Source: an uncultured Pelagibacteraceae bacterium (GTDB lineage Bacteria > Pseudomonadota > Alphaproteobacteria > Pelagibacterales > Pelagibacteraceae). Taken from it: a stretch of DNA of 64,000 nucleotides. Location of the stretch: positions 3,757 to 67,756 of the forward strand of contig CABZPQ010000007.1 in NCBI GenBank assembly GCA_902527605.1. The letters run 5' to 3'. Below, piece by piece: positions 1-8,704 of this stretch (position 1 is the first letter of the stretch; each line of letters begins with the position of its first letter). Below the pieces are notes generated by a model, which did no database searches, was not told where the DNA came from, and was given only the letters and a program-made list of their open reading frames with translations. The position numbers and the translations under genes are program-made.

Positions 1-601
1 GGTAGATTTTTTATCACAAAATAAAGGCAACATAACTTTTGAAATTACTCCACAACATCTAACAATATATGCACCAGATTGTTACGACAAACTTGGGACA
101 TTTGCGCAGATGAACCCTCCTTTAAGAGACAAGTCTCATTATGATAGATTGTGGTACGCTATTCGAAATAACTATAATGATACAATTGGCTCTGACCACG
201 CACCTCATTTAAAAGAAAATAAATTAAAAGAATATCCGCAGTCACCATCTGGCATGCCTGGTGTGCAAACATTATTACCCGTTATGCTAAATCATTTGAA
301 TGACAAAAAACTTACATTAGATCAGCTAATTAAACTTCTTTGTGAAAATCCAGTTTCTGTATTTGGTATTAAAAATAAGGGATTTATCAAAAAAGATTAT
401 GATGCTGACTTTACAATAATAGATATGAATCGAACAATTGAAATCAAAAATGAAAATATTCATAGCAAGTGTGGATGGAGCCCATTTGATGGTTACAAAT
501 TTAAAGGATCACCAGTTTATACAATTATTAATGGTGATATTAAAATGAAAGAAGATAAAATTTTAGGAGATCCTTCTGGTAAACCAATATTATTTGATTA
601 A
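1..601 (+). CDS. pyrC: Dihydroorotase, C-terminal part (truncated by window start)
   Basis: Frame open from the window edge; motifs EITPQHL, MNPPLR, IGSDHAPH, PSGMPG, KCGWSPF. Confidence 0.85.
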   Translation, partial: VDFLSQNKGNITFEITPQHLTIYAPDCYDKLGTFAQMNPPLRDKSHYDRLWYAIRNNYNDTIGSDHAPHLKENKLKEYPQSPSGMPGVQTLLPVMLNHLNDKKLTLDQLIKLLCENPVSVFGIKNKGFIKKDYDADFTIIDMNRTIEIKNENIHSKCGWSPFDGYKFKGSPVYTIINGDIKMKEDKILGDPSGKPILFD

Positions 602-602
602 G

Positions 603-935
603 TTATATAGTTTTACTTGAATACATATTTACAAGTGTCACTCCAACTACAATAAGAAACATCCCCAATATAGCTTGCCAACTTAAAGATTGTTTAAAAA
701 AAACATATCCCAATATTGCAATAGTAAAAATACCAAGTCCACTCCATGTCCCATAAACAATCGCAATAGGTAGTTTATCAACAACAAAAGTAAGTAAATA
801 AAAAGCAGATAAATAAAATCCAGCCAAAAATACTGTTGGTGTTACTTTTGTAAAGTTTTGAGTAACAGGAAGAAGCATTGTTCCGCATACTTCACAAATA
901 ATTGCCCCTACTAAAAAAAGATATGTCTTAAGCAT
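603..935 (-). CDS. SMR family small multidrug/cation transporter
   Basis: 110 aa, 4 TM helices, membrane Glu in TM1 (IICEV), YGTWSGLG motif. Confidence 0.85.
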   Translation of the reverse strand: MLKTYLFLVGAIICEVCGTMLLPVTQNFTKVTPTVFLAGFYLSAFYLLTFVVDKLPIAIVYGTWSGLGIFTIAILGYVFFKQSLSWQAILGMFLIVVGVTLVNMYSSKTI

Positions 936-2830
936 TATTTTAAAATATTACTATTTATTAAGTCTTCTTTTATCTCATCAAGGATAGCAGGGTCATCAAT
1001 AGTTGCAGGCATTTTATATTCTTCTTTATCAGCAATCTTTCTAATTGTTCCTCTTAGAACTTTTCCAGATCTAGTTTTTGGTAATCTTTTAACAACAATT
1101 GCTATTTTAAAAGCTGCAACAGGTCCAACTTTATCTCTAACCATTTGTACACACTCTTTTGAAATAGTCTCATTATCCTTGGTAACTCCTGCTTTTAGAG
1201 CAATTAAACCAATTGGTAATTGTCCTTTCAGCTGATCTTTTATTCCTATCACTGCACATTCAGCAACAGATTGATGTTCTGATAAAACCTCTTCTATTGC
1301 ACCAGTTGAAAGTCTATGACCTGCAACATTTATTATGTCATCTGTTCTAGACATAATCCAAATATATCCATCATCATCAATATGCCCTGCATCGTAAGTT
1401 TGATAATATCCATTATAATTTGACATATAATTTTCTTTATATCTTTCGTCTGCATTCCACAAAGTTGGGAACGTACCTGGCGGTAATGGAAGTTTAACAA
1501 CAATATCTCCCATTTCATTTGGTTTTGCTATTGTTTGATCGGGTTTAATTATTTTTACATCATAACCTGGGACTGCTTTGCAAGCGGATCCATATTTTGT
1601 TTCTTGCATTTCTATTCCAGTGCAATTTGAACTTATCGCCCAACTCGTTTCAGTTTGCCACCAATGGTCAATTACGGGAACTTTAAGTAAATTCTCAGCC
1701 CATTTAATAGTATCAGGGTCTGCTCTTTCACCTGCTAAAAATAATGACTCAAATGAACTTAAATCATATTTAGAAAAAAACTTACCTTCTGGATCTTCTT
1801 TTTTTATTGCTCTAAATGCAGTTGGCGCTGTGAACAAAGATTTAATTTTATATTCTGAGATTATTCTCCAAAATACTCCAGCGTCAGGAGTACCAACAGG
1901 TTTGCCCTCAAATAAAAGAGTTGCACAACCTTTGAATAATGGAGCATAGACAATATAGGAATGTCCTACTATCCAACCAATATCACTTGCTGACCACCAT
2001 ACATCATCTTGATCAATGTTATAAATATTTTTCATTGTCCATTTAAGAGCAACTATGTGACCACCAATATCTCGAACAATACCCTTTGGAATACCAGTGG
2101 TTCCTGAAGTATAAAGGATGTAAGCATAATCATTGGCACCCATCTCAACACAATCTTTATCATCTGCTCCAGATAGTGCTTCATCCCAACTTATTTCTAA
2201 TGGTTTATTTAATTTTACCTCGTGATCTTTCCTCTGAAATAGTATTACCTTTTCAACTTGGTGTTTTGCTAATTTTAAAGCCCCATCTACAAGTGGTCTA
2301 TATTCAACTGTTCTTCCAGGCTCAAATCCACATGATGCTGTAATTAAAATTTTAGCTTTACTATCATCAATTCTACTAGCTAATTCATTTGAGGCAAAAC
2401 CACCGAATACAACAGAGTGAATTGCTCCAATTCTCCCACATGCGAGCATCGCAACTACTGCTTCTGGTATCATTGGCATATAAATTATTACACGATCTCC
2501 TTTTTTAACTCCTTGCTTATCTAAAGCGCCTGCAAATTTTGAAACTTTTTCTTTTAATTCTTTGAAAGTGAACTTTGCTTTATTTTCTGTTATAGGACTG
2601 TCATAGATTAAAGCTGTTTTATCACCTCTTCCTTGATCAATGTGAAGGTCTAGGGCGTTGTAGCATGTATTTGTTACACCATCTTCAAACCATTTATAAA
2701 AAGGAGCGTTGTCTTTTTTTAAAATCTTAGTTGGTTTTTTGAACCAAAACACATCTTCAGAAACTTTTTGCCAAAATTCCTCAGGATTTTTTAGAGATTT
2801 GTCGTAAATTTCTTTGTAATTTCTATTCAT
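935..2830 (-). CDS. prpE: Propionyl-CoA synthetase (acyl-CoA synthetase)
   Basis: YILYTSGTTGIPKG AMP-binding loop, SDIGWIVGHSY, DHWWQTE, PKTRSGK, MPATIDDP. Confidence 0.88.
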   Translation of the reverse strand: MNRNYKEIYDKSLKNPEEFWQKVSEDVFWFKKPTKILKKDNAPFYKWFEDGVTNTCYNALDLHIDQGRGDKTALIYDSPITENKAKFTFKELKEKVSKFAGALDKQGVKKGDRVIIYMPMIPEAVVAMLACGRIGAIHSVVFGGFASNELASRIDDSKAKILITASCGFEPGRTVEYRPLVDGALKLAKHQVEKVILFQRKDHEVKLNKPLEISWDEALSGADDKDCVEMGANDYAYILYTSGTTGIPKGIVRDIGGHIVALKWTMKNIYNIDQDDVWWSASDIGWIVGHSYIVYAPLFKGCATLLFEGKPVGTPDAGVFWRIISEYKIKSLFTAPTAFRAIKKEDPEGKFFSKYDLSSFESLFLAGERADPDTIKWAENLLKVPVIDHWWQTETSWAISSNCTGIEMQETKYGSACKAVPGYDVKIIKPDQTIAKPNEMGDIVVKLPLPPGTFPTLWNADERYKENYMSNYNGYYQTYDAGHIDDDGYIWIMSRTDDIINVAGHRLSTGAIEEVLSEHQSVAECAVIGIKDQLKGQLPIGLIALKAGVTKDNETISKECVQMVRDKVGPVAAFKIAIVVKRLPKTRSGKVLRGTIRKIADKEEYKMPATIDDPAILDEIKEDLINSNILK

Positions 2831-2921
2831 TTTGATTTGCTATTTGGTGTCATTTTTCTATTGAATTTATGCAACAGGTTGTATTTAATTTTAAAAAGTC
2901 AGTAAAATCAACACTTATAAC

Positions 2922-2936
2922 GCGGCAAAAAGTCTT
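2922..2936 (+). promoter_or_regulatory. Putative RegA/RegR-type box upstream of proteorhodopsin
   Basis: GCGGC-AAAAA-GTCTT versus RegR consensus GCGGC-N5-GTCGC; isolated GC-rich word in an AT-rich spacer. Confidence 0.35.
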
Positions 2937-3044
2937 CAACAAACTAATTTAATTTGATATTAAGCCCCTAACTTTGGAGAAACCTTTGTGGTTTGTCCGT
3001 AGTTTAAATTTAAACTAAAAAAAACTAACGAGAGGGAGTTTTTT

Positions 3045-3815
3045 ATGAAAAAACTTAAAATGTTTGCATTAGCAGCAGTGGCTCTATTTGGTCTTACTGG
3101 TGCAGCAAACGCAGCAACTGCTATGTTAGCTTCTGACGACTTCGTTGGGATTTCCTTTTGGGTAATCGCAATGGGTATGGCAGCAGCTACAGTATTCTTC
3201 TTCATGGAAAGAAATACTGTTGCAGCAGGCTGGAAAACTTCAGTAACAGTAGCTGGTCTTGTAACTGGTGTTGCATTCATTCACTACATGTACATGAGAG
3301 ATGTATGGGTAATGACTGGAGATTCTCCAACAGTATATAGATATATTGATTGGTTAATCACTGTACCATTACAGATGATCGAGTTTTACTTAATTCTAGC
3401 AGCAGTTAAGAAAATCCCAGGAGCAATCTTCTGGAGATTATTAATTGGTTCGCTTGTGATGTTAATTGGTGGATACTTAGGAGAAGCAGGTTACATCAAT
3501 GCTATGCTTGGTTTCATAGTCGGTATGGCTGGATGGATCTACATCTTATATGAAGTATTCTCTGGTGAAGCTGGAAAAATTGCAGCTAAAACTGGAAACA
3601 AGCCATTAGCAACTGCATGGGGCGCTATGAGAATGATCGTAACAATTGGTTGGGCTATTTACCCATTAGGTTACATTTTTGGTTACCTAGTAGGTGGAGT
3701 AGACGCTAACTCATTGAACGTGATTTATAACTTAGCAGACTTCATCAACAAAATTGCTTTTGGTCTAGTAATCTGGTCAGCAGCAGTTTCGCAAGGTGGA
3801 GCACGAGCTAGATAA
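3045..3815 (+). CDS. Proteorhodopsin, DTE proton pump, blue-tuned (Q105)
   Basis: Signal peptide, FIHY (H75), RYIDWLITVPLQMIEF (D97, T101, Q105, E108), DFINK retinal lysine; strong RBS GAGAGGGAG. Confidence 0.97.
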   Translation: MKKLKMFALAAVALFGLTGAANAATAMLASDDFVGISFWVIAMGMAAATVFFFMERNTVAAGWKTSVTVAGLVTGVAFIHYMYMRDVWVMTGDSPTVYRYIDWLITVPLQMIEFYLILAAVKKIPGAIFWRLLIGSLVMLIGGYLGEAGYINAMLGFIVGMAGWIYILYEVFSGEAGKIAAKTGNKPLATAWGAMRMIVTIGWAIYPLGYIFGYLVGGVDANSLNVIYNLADFINKIAFGLVIWSAAVSQGGARAR

Positions 3816-3830
3816 TTAGCTTTTAATATT

Positions 3831-3874
3831 AAAAAAAGAGGCGGGTATGCTAAAACATACCTGCCTTTTTTTTT
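3831..3874 (+). terminator. Intrinsic terminator after proteorhodopsin
   Basis: AGGCGGGTATG-ctaaaa-CATACCTGCCT stem followed by a T-tract. Confidence 0.85.
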
Positions 3875-3951
3875 GGACTAAAAATAGAAAATGTTAAATT
3901 TCAAAAATTTGCCGCAGTCGCAAATTAGTTTATAAGAATTATTTATTAAAT

Positions 3952-4275
3952 ATGGCAAAAATCAAATATATAGAATTTAATGGTACAGAACACGAAGCAG
4001 ATGTTGCAAACGGTCTTAGTGTAATGGAAGGTGCTATACAAAATGATATTCCAGGCATAGAAGCAGATTGTGGAGGTGGAATGTCATGTGCAACTTGTCA
4101 TGTATATATTAATGATGACGAATGGTTCAGAAAACTCCCAGAAAAAGAAATGGGTGAAGATGATATGTTAGATCAAGCCTTTGAACCCAAATCTAACAGC
4201 AGATTAAGTTGCCAATTAATCGTCTCTGATGATTTAGATGGATTGGCAGTCCATATGCCGGAGAAACAAGTTTAA
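3952..4275 (+). CDS. 2Fe-2S ferredoxin (adrenodoxin/putidaredoxin type)
   Basis: CGGGMSCATCH and SRLSCQ. Confidence 0.93.
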   Translation: MAKIKYIEFNGTEHEADVANGLSVMEGAIQNDIPGIEADCGGGMSCATCHVYINDDEWFRKLPEKEMGEDDMLDQAFEPKSNSRLSCQLIVSDDLDGLAVHMPEKQV

Positions 4276-5291
4276 TGATTAAAACAGATGTAGTCATTAT
4301 TGGAGCAGGACCCACAGGTTTATTCTGTGCACACCAATTAGGGATAATCGGATTAAAATGTGAAATTGTAGACAATTTAGATAAAATTGGAGGACAATGT
4401 ATTGAGCTTTATCCAGACAAACCAATTTATGATATTCCTGCAGTTCCTAAATGTACAGGAGAAGAGCTTACAAATAATTTAATTAAACAAATAAAACCTT
4501 TTAATTTTAACTTTCATTTAAGTGACAGAGTTCAAGAATTAAAAAATGAAAACGATAAATGGTTAGTTAAAACATTAAATGGAAAAGAATTTGAAACACC
4601 TAATATTGTCATAGCAGGTGGCGTAGGTTCTTTTGAACCAAGAAAATTCCCAACTAAAAGTGCTGAAAAGTATGATGGAAAATCAGTTTTATATTCAATA
4701 AAAGACAAAACTATTTTTAAAGATAAATCAGTAGTTATTTTTGGAGGTGGAGATAGTGCTCTTGATTGGGCTATAGAATTATCTAATTCATCAAAAGTAA
4801 CACTTGTTCACAGAAGAGATGAGTTTAGAGGAGCTCCCGCAAGTGTTCAAAAAATAAAAGAATTAAGTGATAATAAAACTATTGATTTAATTACTAAATA
4901 TTCAATCAAAGATGTTAAAGGAAATGGCTCATTAGAAAGCGTCGAAATCAAAAGTGAAACAGGTGACAGTAAAGTTATAAAAGCTGATTATGTATTGGGT
5001 TTTTTTGGATTAATAATGCAATTAGGACCAATAGCGGAGTGGGGTTTAAATTTAGATAAAAAAACAATTCCCGTAAATACTGAGAATTTTGAAACAAATA
5101 AAAAAGGAATATTTGCAATTGGTGATATCTGTACCTATCCAGGCAAATTAAAGTTAATACTTTCAGGTTTTCATGAAGGAGCTTTAGCTGCAAGAGGCTG
5201 CTTTAAATATGCAAGACCTGACGAAAAATATAGATTTGAATTTACAACTGCATCCAGCACTATCAAAGATAGATTGGGTGTAAAAGAATGA
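4275..5291 (+). CDS. Ferredoxin--NADP(+) reductase, thioredoxin-reductase-like
   Basis: GAGPTG, GGQCIELYPDKPIYD, GGGDSALDW, HRR; no CxxC. Confidence 0.88.
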   Translation: MIKTDVVIIGAGPTGLFCAHQLGIIGLKCEIVDNLDKIGGQCIELYPDKPIYDIPAVPKCTGEELTNNLIKQIKPFNFNFHLSDRVQELKNENDKWLVKTLNGKEFETPNIVIAGGVGSFEPRKFPTKSAEKYDGKSVLYSIKDKTIFKDKSVVIFGGGDSALDWAIELSNSSKVTLVHRRDEFRGAPASVQKIKELSDNKTIDLITKYSIKDVKGNGSLESVEIKSETGDSKVIKADYVLGFFGLIMQLGPIAEWGLNLDKKTIPVNTENFETNKKGIFAIGDICTYPGKLKLILSGFHEGALAARGCFKYARPDEKYRFEFTTASSTIKDRLGVKE

Positions 5292-5911
5292 TCGAACTTT
5301 TTACTGCTGATACTCCTAATGGTTGGAAAATTAGCATAATGCTCGAGGAAATTGGTTTTAAGTACAAACTTACAAAAGTTAATTTGAGTGGTGATCAATT
5401 TAAACCAGAATTTAAAAAAATAAGTCCGTTTAATAAAATTCCTGTAATTATAGATCACGAGAACAATAAGACCGTATTCGAGTCTGGAGTTATACTTATG
5501 TATTTAGGTGAGAAAAGCAAGAAACTCTATCCTGAAGCACATAGGCTAGAGATAAATCAGTGGTTGATGGCTCAAATGGCTATTGTTGGTCCAATGATAG
5601 GCCAACATCACCAATTTCATTATTATCACCAAGGAAAAAGCGAGTGGGGTGAAGAAAGATACTTTAAAATAACTAGAAAGATTTATGAAGATCTTGAGGC
5701 TAGATTGGCTCAAAGCAAGTTTTTAGCAAATGATAAATACTCTATTGCTGATATTGCTACATGGTCATGGATTGCAAGACATAAAAGACACGACATTGGA
5801 TTAAATAATTTTGAAAACCTATCTAGGTGGTTCGTTCAAATTGCTCAGCGTCAAGCTGTAGTAAAAGGATTTAAAGCACTAAATAAAGATGCTGAAATAG
5901 ATTTTCCTTAA
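5288..5911 (+). CDS. Glutathione S-transferase (YfcG/Nu-like)
   Basis: TPNGWK, KIPVI, FESGVI, SIADIA. Confidence 0.88.
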   Translation: MIELFTADTPNGWKISIMLEEIGFKYKLTKVNLSGDQFKPEFKKISPFNKIPVIIDHENNKTVFESGVILMYLGEKSKKLYPEAHRLEINQWLMAQMAIVGPMIGQHHQFHYYHQGKSEWGEERYFKITRKIYEDLEARLAQSKFLANDKYSIADIATWSWIARHKRHDIGLNNFENLSRWFVQIAQRQAVVKGFKALNKDAEIDFP

Positions 5912-6324
5912 TCGTCAGCGTAAACTTTTTCGTCTTTTTCGTGTTTTTCTTGAGCTGCAATGCAAAGAGTTGCAACTGGTCTTGCCATTAATCTTTTTAA
6001 ACCAATAGGCTCACCAGTTTCTTCACAAAAACCATATGTTCCATCCTGAATTTTCTTTAATGCACCATCTATTTTAGAAATTAATTTGATTTGTCTATTA
6101 ATAGCTCTCATCTCTACATTCTTTTCAGTGTATGAACTCGCTTGATCAACTATGTCAGCTGATGCACTATTATCATCCATGGACGCTTGAAAAATCGCTT
6201 CATTATTAGATCTCTTTAAATCTTTTTTCCACTCCATTAATTTCATCTTAAAATACGCTAAATGTTTAGCACACATGTATTTCTCTTTTTCTTTTGGAGT
6301 ATAAGTTTTTGAAATTCTTACCAT
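5908..6324 (-). CDS. dksA: RNA polymerase-binding factor DksA
   Basis: YM, DIVDQAS coiled-coil tip, YGFCEETGEPIGLKRLMARP. Confidence 0.93.
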   Translation of the reverse strand: MVRISKTYTPKEKEKYMCAKHLAYFKMKLMEWKKDLKRSNNEAIFQASMDDNSASADIVDQASSYTEKNVEMRAINRQIKLISKIDGALKKIQDGTYGFCEETGEPIGLKRLMARPVATLCIAAQEKHEKDEKVYADD

Positions 6325-6403
6325 ACCTTGCTATTTTGAGTTGGTGAATATATTCATGAATAAATGAGTGTCAAGAACGGTTTATTCATATAGATTGATG
6401 AAA

Positions 6404-7723
6404 ATGGCCTTAAACAAAAGAAATATAAATAATATTTTTTATATTTTTGTAACGACTCACTTAATTCTATGGACAGTTGTTCCTACGATCACAAACTCAA
6501 ATTTACCTTTAGATACAATTGAAGCTTTGGCTTGGGGTAGTAATTTAGATTGGGGATTTAATAAACATCCACCATTAAGTGCGTTTTTTCCAGAAGTTTT
6601 TTTTCAAATATTTGGGCCACAAGATTGGGCTTATTATTTTTTAAGTCAAATTTTTGTAGTGATATCTTTTTTCATTATTTTTAAATTATCGCAGGAAATT
6701 CTTAATGATGGCACTTTGAGCTTGTTATCAGTTTTTCTTATTGAAGGGATATACTTCTATAATTTCACAACTCCAGAATTTAATGTAAATGTTTGCCAAT
6801 TACCTTTTTGGTGTTTAACCGTTTATTATACTTGGAAAATATACAACAGTAAAAAAATCGAGCTCTATGATTGTATTTTATTAGGAGCTGCAGCAGCTTT
6901 TGGAATTCTATCTAAGTATCTTTTTATATATTTATTAGTCGCAATAGATTTATTGTTTGCATATTTAATATTTTTTAAAAAATCAAAAAAGTTTGATTTT
7001 AAATATTTAGTTTCTTTAGAAGTATTTTTTGTAATTTTAATCCCACATATAATTTGGTTATTCAATAATGATTTTATCACTATCAAGTATGGTTTTGCTA
7101 GAGCAGGTTTGGATGAAGGACAAATAATAAATCATCTTAAATATCCATTGATATTCACATTAAAACAAATTGGTATTTTAATACCATTTTTAATTTTAGT
7201 ATGGCTACTAATAAAAAAAATTCCCAAAAAATTAAATTTAAAAGATGAAAAACTTTTATTTTTAATATTTATTAATTTAGTCCCAATAGTTCTGGTTTTT
7301 ATGACAGCGCTAATAACCGGGTCAAAAATTAGAACTATGTGGATGACCCCTTTTTACTTGTTCTTTGGAACTTTGTTTATTTACCTTTTGAAAAATCAAA
7401 TAAACATTAAGAAACTAAATTCCTTTTTAATAGGATTTATATTTTTATTTCTATTATCTCCAATTTTGTATGGTTATGTCTCAATATCTAAGACTGATAA
7501 AAGGACTGATTATCCTGGAAAAGATATAGCTATAAAAGTTCAAATGGCATGGCATGAACAACATGATGAACCTATTAAATATGTGCTTGGCGATGAATGG
7601 AAAGCTGGAAATTTATCATATCACATTAATTCAAGGCCTATTTGGAAAGGCTTTGTTACAAAGCAAAAATTGAATTCATTTGAAAAATATATGTGTATTG
7701 ATAAGATTTGTGTTGGATCGTAG
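6404..7723 (+). CDS. Polyprenyl-phosphate-sugar-dependent membrane glycosyltransferase (GT-C; ArnT/RgtA-D-like); start uncertain (6368/6398/6404)
   Basis: DTIEALAW...KHPPL motif, LSKY, many TM helices. Confidence 0.75.
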   Translation: MALNKRNINNIFYIFVTTHLILWTVVPTITNSNLPLDTIEALAWGSNLDWGFNKHPPLSAFFPEVFFQIFGPQDWAYYFLSQIFVVISFFIIFKLSQEILNDGTLSLLSVFLIEGIYFYNFTTPEFNVNVCQLPFWCLTVYYTWKIYNSKKIELYDCILLGAAAAFGILSKYLFIYLLVAIDLLFAYLIFFKKSKKFDFKYLVSLEVFFVILIPHIIWLFNNDFITIKYGFARAGLDEGQIINHLKYPLIFTLKQIGILIPFLILVWLLIKKIPKKLNLKDEKLLFLIFINLVPIVLVFMTALITGSKIRTMWMTPFYLFFGTLFIYLLKNQINIKKLNSFLIGFIFLFLLSPILYGYVSISKTDKRTDYPGKDIAIKVQMAWHEQHDEPIKYVLGDEWKAGNLSYHINSRPIWKGFVTKQKLNSFEKYMCIDKICVGS

Positions 7724-7725
7724 AT

Positions 7726-7830
7726 ATGAAATTCAATAAAAACATACTATTCATCGTCTTTATTGTTGTAATAATAGAGTTGTCTGGACATGGAATTGTA
7801 GCCTCTTTGCTGAGGTTGCTTGCAAATTAA
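7726..7830 (+). CDS. Small 34-aa hydrophobic peptide, absent from the ORF track
   Basis: MKFNKNILFIVFIVVIIELSGHGIVASLLRLLAN; fills the gap between two co-oriented genes (2 and 4 nt spacers). Confidence 0.55.
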   Translation: MKFNKNILFIVFIVVIIELSGHGIVASLLRLLAN

Positions 7831-7834
7831 ATAA

Positions 7835-8704
7835 ATGAAAATCACTATTTTAACACCAGTTTATAATGACTGGAAATCAGCTTCAAAATTAATTGAAGAA
7901 ATAAATACAATTATAAAAGACTTAGACGCAGAGTTTTCTCTTGTGATTGTAAATGATGCTTCAACTGAGGAAAAACCAACCTCTATTTCCAATACAGAAA
8001 ACCTATTATCTGTTGAAATCTTAAATATTAGAAATAACCAAGGACATGGAAGATGTATTGCAACAGGACTTAAACATACATTTCAAAATAAAGAATTTGA
8101 TTATGTAATACCAATGGACTCTGATGGCGAGGATAGACCAGAAGAAATTAAGAGTTTTCTTGAATACATAAAATATGACGAAGGAAAACCAATTGTTGGA
8201 GAAAGAGTAAAAAGATCTGAAAATTTCATTTTTAAAACTTGTTACAATTTACATAAAATAATCACTTATGTATTTACAGGTCATTCGATAAAATTTGGCA
8301 ATTATACATGTCTTCCAAAGTCAACTGTTGAAAAATTAATAAACGATAAATCTATTTGGTGCAGCTTTTCAGGAGCGTTAGCAAAATTAGAAAAAGATAG
8401 ATCTTCATCTCCATCTATAAGAGGAAAAAGATATTTTGGTCCTTCTAAAATGAGTTTTAAAAATTTAATTAAGCATTCTTTAGCAATTATAGCTGTTTTT
8501 AAATCTACAGTTATTATTCGATCAATTTTATTTTATGCTATTTATTTAATTTTAATGGCTGATTACATAAGTGTAGTTACAGCTATCCCCTTGGCTCTAA
8601 TTATCGTATTTGGATTATCAGTTGTAATGATTGGAAGAAGGGAAAATTTAGAAGAATTAAACAATGCATTAACAAATATTCAAAATATTGATAAAATTAA
8701 ATAG
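7835..8704 (+). CDS. GT2 glycosyltransferase (polyprenyl-phosphate sugar synthase-like)
   Basis: PVYND, VNDAS, NQGH, MDSDGED, C-terminal TM pair. Confidence 0.85.
   Translation: MKITILTPVYNDWKSASKLIEEINTIIKDLDAEFSLVIVNDASTEEKPTSISNTENLLSVEILNIRNNQGHGRCIATGLKHTFQNKEFDYVIPMDSDGEDRPEEIKSFLEYIKYDEGKPIVGERVKRSENFIFKTCYNLHKIITYVFTGHSIKFGNYTCLPKSTVEKLINDKSIWCSFSGALAKLEKDRSSSPSIRGKRYFGPSKMSFKNLIKHSLAIIAVFKSTVIIRSILFYAIYLILMADYISVVTAIPLALIIVFGLSVVMIGRRENLEELNNALTNIQNIDKIK

Noticed and set aside
2960-3280. 106-aa ORF antisense to proteorhodopsin
   Set aside because: Shadow of a strongly codon-biased gene; no recognisable motif
2922-3915. 8-bp inverted repeats flanking proteorhodopsin as mobile-element ends
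   Set aside because: Too short, no transposase or target duplication; the gene is in its usual SAR11 context
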